NCBI GenBank assembly: GCA_947500555.1
Contig: CANMSE010000006.1
Location: 66,388 to 130,387 of the forward strand
Source: an uncultured Fulvivirga sp.
Lineage (GTDB): Bacteria; Bacteroidota; Bacteroidia; Cytophagales; Cyclobacteriaceae
Length of the DNA stretch: 64,000 nucleotides
Direction of reading: 5' to 3'
Shown here: positions 56,183 to 64,000 of the stretch, piece after piece
Position numbering within the stretch: the first letter of the stretch is position 1
How the letters are laid out: each line of letters starts with the position of its first letter
The notes under the pieces: model-generated
Databases searched by the model: none
What the model saw: only the letters and a program-made list of their open reading frames with translations
Told to the model about the DNA's origin: nothing
Translations under genes and position numbers: made by a program

Positions 56183-57262
56183 ATGTCGATACAGTTCAAT
56201 CTGATCCAGCTTATTGTCGGTTCTGCCGTCATAAATGGATTGATCTACTCTTTATTACTGCTCTTCAAGAAAGAAAATAGAGTAGCGAATTATTTTTTAT
56301 GCCTTCTGCTCATTTCGCTAAGCCTTACCTTCACCCCCTATATTATAGAAGGTAAGTACTTCAACAAATTCCTGTGGCTTAGCTGGGTTCCATTGTCACT
56401 GACTTATTGGATTGGTCCATCACTATATTTTTATATTCAACATCTTACCAAACCACACTATAATTTTGAGCGACAACAATTCTGGCATTTTGCACCTATT
56501 GCACTAAATTATTTTCATAGCATTTATCATGCATTATCGGATGGGAGTAACCCATTTCCATACTTCCATGTGTTTGCAGAATTTTTAGAAATCTGTGCTT
56601 TAGTTTCTGTATTTATTTACTGCTGGCTGTCATACAAAGAGTTGAGCAGCTATAGTCAGTCTATATTAGATCAGCTATCAAATATTGAGCATGTTCATCT
56701 CAAGTGGCTCAGGAATTTTATCAAAATTCTGGCTGTACTATTCATCGTTATAAGCATCTATTTTCTGCTCACCAATCAAATTATCAACAAAACTTATCCT
56801 GAATCTATTGGACTATATCGTAATGGAACATTGCTACTATATGCACTGGCTATGTATTGGCTAACCATTGGTGGATATAGGCAATCTCAGACGATCAATA
56901 CCCCAATCAACTTACAGCCCCAACCAAAAAGTGTAAAATCAGATAAGCTTATAGCTCTTATGAAAGAGCATAAATTGTTTCTGGATCCTGAATTGAATTT
57001 GAACTCTTTGAGTCGGTCTACTGGTATTCCGGAAAAAGAAATATCGACTATATTGAATCGGAACCTGCAAAAGAATTTTTATCAGTTTGTAAATGAGTTT
57101 CGTTTAGAGGATGTCAAAATCAAGCTTATTGACCCTGCAAATCAACATCTAAAGATCGTCAGTCTTGCCTTTGAATCAGGGTTTAACTCCAAAGCAACTT
57201 TTAATAGAATTTTCAAAAATCAGGTTGGCATGTCTCCACAGGAATTCAAAGAATCCAATTGA
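56183..57262 (+). CDS. AraC-family transcriptional regulator with N-terminal membrane domain
   Basis: Six or so TM segments, then an AraC HTH (LNLNSLSRSTGIPEKEIS...AFESGFNSKATFNRIFKNQVGMSPQEF). Confidence 0.85.
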   Translation: MSIQFNLIQLIVGSAVINGLIYSLLLLFKKENRVANYFLCLLLISLSLTFTPYIIEGKYFNKFLWLSWVPLSLTYWIGPSLYFYIQHLTKPHYNFERQQFWHFAPIALNYFHSIYHALSDGSNPFPYFHVFAEFLEICALVSVFIYCWLSYKELSSYSQSILDQLSNIEHVHLKWLRNFIKILAVLFIVISIYFLLTNQIINKTYPESIGLYRNGTLLLYALAMYWLTIGGYRQSQTINTPINLQPQPKSVKSDKLIALMKEHKLFLDPELNLNSLSRSTGIPEKEISTILNRNLQKNFYQFVNEFRLEDVKIKLIDPANQHLKIVSLAFESGFNSKATFNRIFKNQVGMSPQEFKESN

Positions 57263-57352
57263 TTATCAGTCACTTAATTTTATTGAGACTTCAAATACGT
57301 CAGTGAGACGCCATTCATTTTCATAAATCACTTCTTTAAAATAAAAAGCTTT

Positions 57353-57871
57353 ATGAAACGACACTTACTCACTTTAGCATTTACCATTGTATCAATCCTC
57401 ACTTATGGTCAAAGCATCAAGGATTTGGATTTTCTCATTGGTACATGGGATATTGTTGAAACTATATATCCGGGAACTGACAAAGAATATCAGGAATTAG
57501 GAGTTCGGACTTGCAGCTATTATCTGGATGACAGCTTCATCAAGTGTGAGTCAACAACTATTGATCAACGAAATCAGAGACAACGCACTTACGCTTATTA
57601 TATCAATTACGATAAAAAGCAGGATGTCTATCGAGCAACTAATTTTGCAAATGACTTCCCACTACATGGACAATTTGAATGGTATCTGGACAAGGAAAAT
57701 AAGGAAATCAAGGCAATCACACCCATCAATGTCATTCCAGACAGATTCTTTAGAGCCACTATTGATTATAACAATCCTGAAAAACTAGTATGGAACGGGT
57801 GGCGAAGCGTATTTAAGAAGGACAAAGAATGGGTTCAGGTATTTAATGATGTAACGACCAAGAAAAAGTAA
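57353..57871 (+). CDS. Secreted hypothetical protein
   Basis: ORF with signal peptide. No recognised domain. Confidence 0.5.
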   Translation: MKRHLLTLAFTIVSILTYGQSIKDLDFLIGTWDIVETIYPGTDKEYQELGVRTCSYYLDDSFIKCESTTIDQRNQRQRTYAYYINYDKKQDVYRATNFANDFPLHGQFEWYLDKENKEIKAITPINVIPDRFFRATIDYNNPEKLVWNGWRSVFKKDKEWVQVFNDVTTKKK

Positions 57872-57974
57872 GACAAGATCAATATTGTGTAAGTGAACAC
57901 AGGTCAGAGTTTTTTTTAAATAATTGTAAGCTATAGAGTATTTCACCAATTTAGTCGTTGTAAATAATCACTCT

Positions 57975-58493
57975 TTGACTAATCACGACTATAAAAAAAG
58001 AAATCTATTTTCAGGGCCTCACCTTGCTGGCTTGTTATTAATCTTAGGAGGCATATTTGCCATTATAAGTCCTTATATAATGGAAAGTGGCAGTTCAGTT
58101 CAAAAGTCATTTATTGTTGGAGTTATTGCCATGGTAATCGGAATTATGATCGCCTCATCTTATACTGGCACCACTATTAATTTTAAAACTAACCAGTTTC
58201 GTAAATACACTTCCCTTTTAGGAATCAAATTTGGCGAGTGGGAGCCCTTACCTCCTATTGAGTTAATTGAAGTTAGAGAATTAAACTATCGTGCTACAAA
58301 CACTCCAAATGGGATTACTCCCACTTTATCAAGCCAAGTAACTCAATACAAAGTCTCTTTATTTGATACTCAAAATAGAGCTTCATTGCGGTTTCTTTAT
58401 GAAAGTGAGCATGAAGCTAAAGAACAAAGTGAACTATTGGCTTATCATTTGAAGACAAAGATTATATCTCCTCTTAGCAAAAGCAGCATTTGA
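57975..58493 (+). CDS. Membrane protein of unknown function
   Basis: TTG start in the track. Two TM segments, then a soluble C-terminus. Confidence 0.4.
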   Translation: MTNHDYKKRNLFSGPHLAGLLLILGGIFAIISPYIMESGSSVQKSFIVGVIAMVIGIMIASSYTGTTINFKTNQFRKYTSLLGIKFGEWEPLPPIELIEVRELNYRATNTPNGITPTLSSQVTQYKVSLFDTQNRASLRFLYESEHEAKEQSELLAYHLKTKIISPLSKSSI

Positions 58494-58559
58494 GGCTAAA
58501 ATTATATTTTGTTACCTGTGTCATATTCTTCTCATTGTTGTCACTAACATTAGCAAAGA

Positions 58560-59078
58560 ATGGAAGACACAATGCAGGTTGAAAGAGATCGCTCTTTTGA
58601 GGATATATTAGAAAACAATAAGCATAAAATATATCGACTTTGCCGTATTTATGCTGTCAGTCCTATAGAGCCTCAAGATTTATTTCAAGAGATTGTATAT
58701 GAGGTATGGAGATCATTCAAATCGTTTAAAGGTAAAGCCAGTATTGATACATGGATATATCGAATAAGTCTTAATGTTTGTCTCCGCTCTAAAATAAAAT
58801 TAGACAAAAAAAACAGCCATGAAGCACGACTTGAATCAATCCAATTTATAAAAGCAGATTCCGAATATGATGAAGATCAAGAGGATAAATTCCAAATGCT
58901 TAGGAGTTGCATTTCAGTACTGAACGAGGTAGACAAATCATTAATAGTTCTGCATTTGGAAGAGTTGTCTTATAAAGACATAGGTGTGATAACCGGCCTA
59001 ACTGAGAACCATGTCGCTGTAAAAATGAAACGGATTAGAAAGAAGTTATTTGATTGTATCAACTTAAAAATGAAGTAG
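58560..59078 (+). CDS. ECF-type sigma-70 family factor
   Basis: Region 2 (PQDLFQEIVYEVWRS...DTWIYRISLN) and region 4 (SYKDIGVITGLTENHVAVKMKR). Confidence 0.9.
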   Translation: MEDTMQVERDRSFEDILENNKHKIYRLCRIYAVSPIEPQDLFQEIVYEVWRSFKSFKGKASIDTWIYRISLNVCLRSKIKLDKKNSHEARLESIQFIKADSEYDEDQEDKFQMLRSCISVLNEVDKSLIVLHLEELSYKDIGVITGLTENHVAVKMKRIRKKLFDCINLKMK

Positions 59079-59079
59079 T

Positions 59080-59718
59080 ATGTTGGAGCAGGAATTAAAA
59101 GAAATCTGGCAGCACTCTTCAGAAGGTGAACAGATAAAATTTAAAATGTCAAAACTTATGATAGACATGGAAGCCAGAGTAACGAGAATGGAACGAAATA
59201 TAAAAAATAGAGACCGTAGGGAAATTATAGCTTCCTTAATTGGTATTCCACTATTCGGCTACTTTGCATATGAAATTCCATTCCTAGTCACGAAAATCGC
59301 CTGTGTCTTTGCTGTGTTATTCTTTGTGTATGTTATCTACAAACTTAAAAATGCCCAAAAACTAAGATCATCTATAGATGTCGCTTCTTCATTTAGTGAG
59401 CAGCTAGAGGCTCAAAGAAACTATTTGAAAGAACAAAGTAAGCTTCTGGATAATGTACTTTACTGGTATGTTTTACCCCCTTTCATCATGAATATTGTAT
59501 TTATTCTCGGATTGGGAGACCCTGTTCAATTTGATTGGAACCCCATGCTATTGGAGTATCTTCCGATTACTCCCAAAGAAAAACTCTCGACAATTATAAT
59601 GCTTGCTCTGTTTTATGGGTTTATCGTCTTGCTAAATAAAAGTGCAGTTAAAATAAATTATAAGCCTGTTATTCAGGATATTGAACAGTTACAGCTTCAA
59701 TTAAAGTCTGAAAATTAA
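59080..59718 (+). CDS. Membrane protein partner of the ECF sigma factor (LKxxW N-terminus)
   Basis: Starts 1 nt after the sigma stop codon. MLEQELKEIWQ, then TM segments. Confidence 0.6.
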   Translation: MLEQELKEIWQHSSEGEQIKFKMSKLMIDMEARVTRMERNIKNRDRREIIASLIGIPLFGYFAYEIPFLVTKIACVFAVLFFVYVIYKLKNAQKLRSSIDVASSFSEQLEAQRNYLKEQSKLLDNVLYWYVLPPFIMNIVFILGLGDPVQFDWNPMLLEYLPITPKEKLSTIIMLALFYGFIVLLNKSAVKINYKPVIQDIEQLQLQLKSEN

Positions 59719-59725
59719 AATTCAA

Positions 59726-60175
59726 TTAAGGCATCCTATTCCATATATCCCATTCTATAAGCCATTGACCATCAACATTATTCCAGATGATAATATATTT
59801 TCCTTTCCAGTCTGAAGTTGAGCCATCTGCTCTCAGTGTGGTACCCTCATAGTAACCTATATCATGAGTCACATTATCATAGATTTTCAACTCCAAAGGA
59901 GTGGTTTTATGACGTGTAACAGTCACTCCTTCTGGTAATATCCATCTGGCCTTAATTTTAGCTCTACCTTCGATCACATCCGCACCTGGTGGCATGATTT
60001 TCCCATCGACAGTATAACAACTGGCGAGATCATCATATTGACCATTTACATAGAACGAAGAAAAGCTTTTGGCCTTCTCCATAATCAAATCCAGTTCTTT
60101 TTCATCTCCTAAAAACTCCTGAGCATGAAGTTTTACTGAAAATATTAAAAATAGTATTACTAGCTTTTTCATCAA
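59726..60175 (-). CDS. SnoaL-like / DUF4440 (NTF2-fold) protein
   Basis: Signal peptide. The ...GKYIIIWNNVDGQWLIEWDIWN tail is typical of DUF4440-type NTF2 proteins. 4-nt overlap with the upstream gene. Confidence 0.6.
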   Translation of the reverse strand: MMKKLVILFLIFSVKLHAQEFLGDEKELDLIMEKAKSFSSFYVNGQYDDLASCYTVDGKIMPPGADVIEGRAKIKARWILPEGVTVTRHKTTPLELKIYDNVTHDIGYYEGTTLRADGSTSDWKGKYIIIWNNVDGQWLIEWDIWNRMP

Positions 60176-61788
60176 TTTAAAATCCTTTCTTTCATAAGTT
60201 TATCCTCCGGATGCTCAAAAGAAGCACTATCACAAGCATTTACAGCACGTGACCAACCTTTTGGTAAAGGATCTTTAAGAAGTGCCCCCGGTTCCAGATA
60301 CTCATAAATTTCTCCATAGTGTTTTATCTCAGTAAAATCAGTTCTGCGCATGCGATGCCATGGTCTCAGCTCCTCTGTATGGGTTAAACCCATAGCTCCT
60401 ATCATTTCAGCTACACTCTGAATGGTCCCATCATGATATGATGAGGTACGCTTAGCCTTATCTTCTACATGTAGACCTTTAACCAATTGTGGATCTTGAG
60501 TAGCTACCCCTGTAGGGCAAATATTGGCATTGCACCTTAATGCTTGAATACACCCAACGGCCAACATCATACCACGAGCGGAATAGCACAAATCAGCACC
60601 AACAGCTATATTTTTAACAACATCAAAACCGGTTATTACTTTTCCACTACAAATTACCTTTATCTTATCACGCAAATTGTATCCAATCAAAGCATTATGT
60701 ACAAAAATAATGGCCTCCGTCAGCGGAGTACCGATGCTATCAGAAAATTCTACCGGAGCAGCCCCTGTACCGCCTTCCGTTCCATCAACCGCTATGTAAT
60801 CAGGAGTTATACCGCTATCTATCATGGCTTTACAAATAGCCAAAAATTCTCTCCGCTTGCCAATACAAAGCTTGATTCCTATTGGTTTACCCTCGGATAG
60901 TTCTCTTAGTTTTTTAATAAAATCCATCATTTGCAACGGAGTGCTAAAAGCTGAATGAGCGGGTGGTGAATTTACATCTTGTCCCAAAGGCACATTTCTT
61001 ATTTTTGATATTTCTTCAGTCACTTTTTGTGCCGGTAAAATGCCCCCATGTCCTGGCTTGGCTCCTTGAGAAAGCTTTATCTCAATCATTTTTACATTTG
61101 GTGTTACGGATTTCTCCTTAAACAAGCCCGCATCAAAATTACCTTCCATCGTTCGCGCTCCGAAATATCCTGTTCCCAGTTGCCAAACAACATCGCCACC
61201 ATTTTTTAAATGATATTCTGTTAAACCTCCCTCTCCGGTATTATGAGCAAAACCACTCATTTGTGCACCTTTATTTAGTGCCAGTACCGCGTTCTTACTT
61301 AATGAACCGTAGCTCATTGCGGAGATATTCAACAGACTGGCACTATACGGTTGTTTACAATCCGGACCTCCGATAGTCACTCTTAAAGTTTTAGGATCAG
61401 GATGGGTGGGATTTAACGAATGATTTACCCACTCATAGCCGACATCATATACGTTGCGTTGGGTACCAAATGGTAATGTATCTAACTGCTTTTTGGCCCT
61501 CTGATATACGAGTGACCTTGACTGACGCGAAAATGGAACCCCGCTAAAGTTGGTTTCAATAAAGTACTGACTTATCTCCGGCCTTATGCTCTCCAGCAAA
61601 TACCGAAAATTACCAACTAGTGGGAAATTTCTCTTTATTGCTTGCCGGGTTTGCAATATATCCTTCATTCCAATTAAGAATAAAGGACCTACGATGATAA
61701 AACTCCATAAAATAGGCGGCCATACAAAGTAAATACCCGCAATGGCAGCAATAACAATACTAGAGATAATCAAGAATTCACGTCTCAT
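60172..61788 (-). CDS. FMN-binding glutamate synthase family protein (GltB domain-2-like) with N-terminal TM segments
   Basis: LSQGAKPGHGGILP, DGTEGGTGAAP and GKVITGFDV motifs, as remembered for the glutamate synthase FMN domain. Confidence 0.85.
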   Translation of the reverse strand: MRREFLIISSIVIAAIAGIYFVWPPILWSFIIVGPLFLIGMKDILQTRQAIKRNFPLVGNFRYLLESIRPEISQYFIETNFSGVPFSRQSRSLVYQRAKKQLDTLPFGTQRNVYDVGYEWVNHSLNPTHPDPKTLRVTIGGPDCKQPYSASLLNISAMSYGSLSKNAVLALNKGAQMSGFAHNTGEGGLTEYHLKNGGDVVWQLGTGYFGARTMEGNFDAGLFKEKSVTPNVKMIEIKLSQGAKPGHGGILPAQKVTEEISKIRNVPLGQDVNSPPAHSAFSTPLQMMDFIKKLRELSEGKPIGIKLCIGKRREFLAICKAMIDSGITPDYIAVDGTEGGTGAAPVEFSDSIGTPLTEAIIFVHNALIGYNLRDKIKVICSGKVITGFDVVKNIAVGADLCYSARGMMLAVGCIQALRCNANICPTGVATQDPQLVKGLHVEDKAKRTSSYHDGTIQSVAEMIGAMGLTHTEELRPWHRMRRTDFTEIKHYGEIYEYLEPGALLKDPLPKGWSRAVNACDSASFEHPEDKLMKERILN

Positions 61789-61931
61789 GAGCTATAAGTT
61801 TTGTCAACTACTAAAAATATCAATTAAATTCTTTTAAAACCTTCAAAGACATAAGTAGTATTTCTACTACAGCTTGTTAACAAGTTGTTAAAGCCATAGA
61901 AAATATCAACAGTAGAAAACATCTTACGTAG

Positions 61932-62402
61932 ATGGCTAAAACCTCTAAACTCATGAAATACAGTTTCCTTATTGTCATTCTTCTAGCTTGTATTTCTGCA
62001 TCTGCTCAACAATGGCAACTTATTTATCATAATGACAAGGATGGAATGGCCATAAATGGAGATATTGAAACATTGAAGAGTGCCGTCAGAAGTGGTCAAG
62101 AAATTAGAATAGGATGGGGATTTCAGCATCCTACCATAAAAAACATTAGTGTTGAACATGTTGCTGATGCATCATTTTTAACCATTCAAAGTGACTCAAT
62201 CATTCATGCACAGATCAGACCCATAGTAGGGCAAAGCCCCGACTTTGATAATGGCACTATTACATTAAAGGAAAACCTCGAATGGGTATTTATTGGAGGT
62301 ACTAATGGTAAGATGGACAGGATGACCAGAAACATTATTACTGGTGATATAATTGACCATAAATTGAGTGGCTATGAATTTAAATGGTTTATAAGAAAAT
62401 GA
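61932..62402 (+). CDS. Secreted hypothetical protein, paralog A
   Basis: Signal peptide. Shares IRIGWGFQHP...VEHV with the next gene. Confidence 0.5.
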   Translation: MAKTSKLMKYSFLIVILLACISASAQQWQLIYHNDKDGMAINGDIETLKSAVRSGQEIRIGWGFQHPTIKNISVEHVADASFLTIQSDSIIHAQIRPIVGQSPDFDNGTITLKENLEWVFIGGTNGKMDRMTRNIITGDIIDHKLSGYEFKWFIRK

Positions 62403-62893
62403 AGAACTTAATAATTCTGGCAGTAATAGCCTCTGCTTTCAGTTGCAGTTCTCAATCTGAAAAATGGGTCATAGCATTTAAAACAGATACTGAAGGAAAT
62501 ACGATCTCAGGCAGCAAAAAGAATTTAATAGATGCCATCAGAGCTGGAAATGATATAAAAGTAGGATGGGGGTTTAAAGGCAAGGCCCATAGTATAGAAC
62601 ATGTTTCTAATCCTATCTGGCTGGCAGTTCTCGATGAGCAAGAGGTGATTGCACATTTAGACCCTCAGGTTTTATCGTCCATCGATTGGGAAGAACTTCG
62701 TCCCAACTATGCAGATTCATCACTTTTTACAAAGGAGTGGCGTGTTGTTCTATCTACCAAAGGAGACTTCGATGCTGTATGGATTGATCGAAAAGAAAAC
62801 AAAGTAGTTGAACGCAGGCCACAGCAACATCCTACCACCTGGTTTGTGAGAAAGGCAGATTTGAAAGAATCTATAGCCTTGTTTGAAGAGTAA
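62399..62893 (+). CDS. Lipoprotein, paralog B of the preceding gene
   Basis: I prefer the ATG at 62399 (MKNLIILAVIASAFSC). ATGA overlap with paralog A. IKVGWGFKGKAHSIEHV. Confidence 0.5.
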   Translation: MKNLIILAVIASAFSCSSQSEKWVIAFKTDTEGNTISGSKKNLIDAIRAGNDIKVGWGFKGKAHSIEHVSNPIWLAVLDEQEVIAHLDPQVLSSIDWEELRPNYADSSLFTKEWRVVLSTKGDFDAVWIDRKENKVVERRPQQHPTTWFVRKADLKESIALFEE

Positions 62894-62979
62894 TTTCATT
62901 AGGTTTTCTTTACTCATTTAAAAATTCGAGCTTCTTTTGTGACAATTAGTAAGGTATAGCTACTAATACAATAAGAACA

Positions 62980-63498
62980 ATGAAGTTTCAGCGCATGGAC
63001 ACGTCAAAAGAATTCTTTTTACAACTGATTGCCAATCATAAAGGAATCATCAAAAGTCTATGCACAGTCTATTACAGTAAAGCAGAGGATCAGCAAGATA
63101 TTCGACAAGACATCATTCTTCAGCTCTGGAAGTCCCTTCCTACTTTTCGCGGTGAATCTACTACAAGTACCTGGGTCTACCGGGTTAGTCTAAATACCAT
63201 TTTATCGAAGGTCAGAAAAGAACAGCGGCAGCCTCTTAAAGAAAGTATTGATTCTACCCATGAAAACGTATTAACAACATCTTATCAATATGACGATGAC
63301 TTGCAAGTCTTAAAACAACTGATACAATCATTGAAAGCGATAGATAAGGCTGTTATAATTCTATACCTGGAAGGTTACAAAAACAAAGAAATCGCAGAGC
63401 TGATTCAATTGTCTTCGAGCAACGTGAGTACCCGCTTGAATAGAATAAAAACACAACTAAAATCTAAATTTAAAATCTATCATAGTGAACTTAGATAA
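62980..63498 (+). CDS. ECF-type sigma-70 family factor
   Basis: Region 2 (QQDIRQDIILQLWKS...STWVYRVSLN) and region 4 (KNKEIAELIQLSSSNVSTRLNR). Confidence 0.9.
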   Translation: MKFQRMDTSKEFFLQLIANHKGIIKSLCTVYYSKAEDQQDIRQDIILQLWKSLPTFRGESTTSTWVYRVSLNTILSKVRKEQRQPLKESIDSTHENVLTTSYQYDDDLQVLKQLIQSLKAIDKAVIILYLEGYKNKEIAELIQLSSSNVSTRLNRIKTQLKSKFKIYHSELR

Positions 63499-63670
63499 TC
63501 TAAAATCGGCCTGGAAACAACACAAACTTGAGAATTCCTTAAGTATAATCTCTCATGACGAAATACTCCAGATAATCGATGAACCGGAAATGATAAATTA
63601 TAGAGTACGAAGACTTGTGGGCAATATAGCTATGTTTCTGATTTTACTACTTGGCTGCCAGGGAGGTTGA
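63485..63670 (+). CDS. Short single-pass partner of the ECF sigma factor (LKxxW N-terminus)
   Basis: GTG start overlapping the sigma gene by 14 nt. MNLDNLKSAWK, one TM segment. Only 61 aa versus about 190-210 aa for the other three partners. Confidence 0.45.
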   Translation: MNLDNLKSAWKQHKLENSLSIISHDEILQIIDEPEMINYRVRRLVGNIAMFLILLLGCQGG

Positions 63671-64000
63671 GTTCTTTTCTTTATCTGTCTATTATCTTGT
63701 GGGATATTGATCCACAAATTATAACTAGTCTTGATTTTTTTCGATGGTATGGACTTCTTTGGGCAATAGGTATTATTTCTGGTATTCAGGTACTTAAATA
63801 TATTTTCAAAGTAGAGCAAGTACCCCAAGACAACCTTGACAAGCTCGTTACCTTTGTCATTTTTGGCATTATAATAGGGGCGAGATTGGGTCATATTATT
63901 TTCTATGATCCGATTTATTACTGGAACAACCCAATAGAAATTCTTCCTATAAAACTTGAACCTCATTTTCAATTTACCGGACTGGCAGGATTGGCCAGTC
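63667..64000 (+). CDS. lgt: Prolipoprotein diacylglyceryl transferase, N-terminal part (runs off the right edge)
   Basis: Hand translation gives ...ILWDIDPQIITSLDFFRWYGLLWAIGIISG...GIIIGARLGHIIFYDP...FTGLAGLAS, matching Lgt N-terminal motifs. There is no in-frame ATG after the stop at 63601, so I propose the TTG at 63667. The start is uncertain. Confidence 0.7.
   Translation, partial: MSSFLYLSIILWDIDPQIITSLDFFRWYGLLWAIGIISGIQVLKYIFKVEQVPQDNLDKLVTFVIFGIIIGARLGHIIFYDPIYYWNNPIEILPIKLEPHFQFTGLAGLAS

Noticed and set aside
60544-60900. 118-aa + strand ORF
   Set aside because: Antisense within the FMN-binding glutamate-synthase-family gene. No motifs.
63598-63972. 124-aa minus-strand ORF
   Set aside because: Antisense to the partial lgt gene, whose + strand translation carries clear Lgt motifs.
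1-64000. CRISPR arrays, tRNA/rRNA genes, IS elements or prophage genes
   Set aside because: I saw no regularly spaced direct repeats with unique spacers, no T-loop/acceptor-type tRNA signatures in intergenic regions, and no transposase, integrase or phage structural ORFs among the translations.

Overview
AT-rich chromosomal segment, about 35-40% G+C by eye. Gene content and signals point to Bacteroidota, probably a Cytophagia- or Flavobacteriia-like marine organism: bshA, many ECF sigma factors, PadR-FtsX modules, TAnnTTTG-type -7 boxes and dispersed hairpin repeats. Most of the window is ordinary core and envelope/regulatory DNA. Recognisable genes are mutL followed by two rhomboid genes, aspS, sucD, tadA, a Mn-type SOD, bshA, partial lgt, a TonB-dependent receptor, a LytTR two-component system, a sigma-54 NtrC-type regulator with its kinase, five ECF sigma factors with downstream membrane partners, and four MacB/FtsX-type permeases with no ATPase gene nearby. 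No rRNA, tRNA, CRISPR array, transposase or integrase was recognised. The most unusual feature is a GC-rich, ORF-free stretch of about 670 nt (about 29312-29981, minus strand). It reads like an ORF-less class C group II intron ribozyme lying alone in an intergenic gap, with no reverse transcriptase gene anywhere in the window. Other points worth a second look: an FtsX permease broken by one in-frame TAA; PadR-permease modules with candidate operators; a VWA / deviant AAA+ / AlbA_2 / PIN-PhoH gene string; a recurrent ECF-sigma partner family with an N-terminal LKxxW motif; and several families of dispersed palindromic intergenic elements, one of which appears to supply the C-terminal tail of a coding sequence. 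All calls come from reading the sequence and ORF translations and from remembered family signatures. No database search was run.
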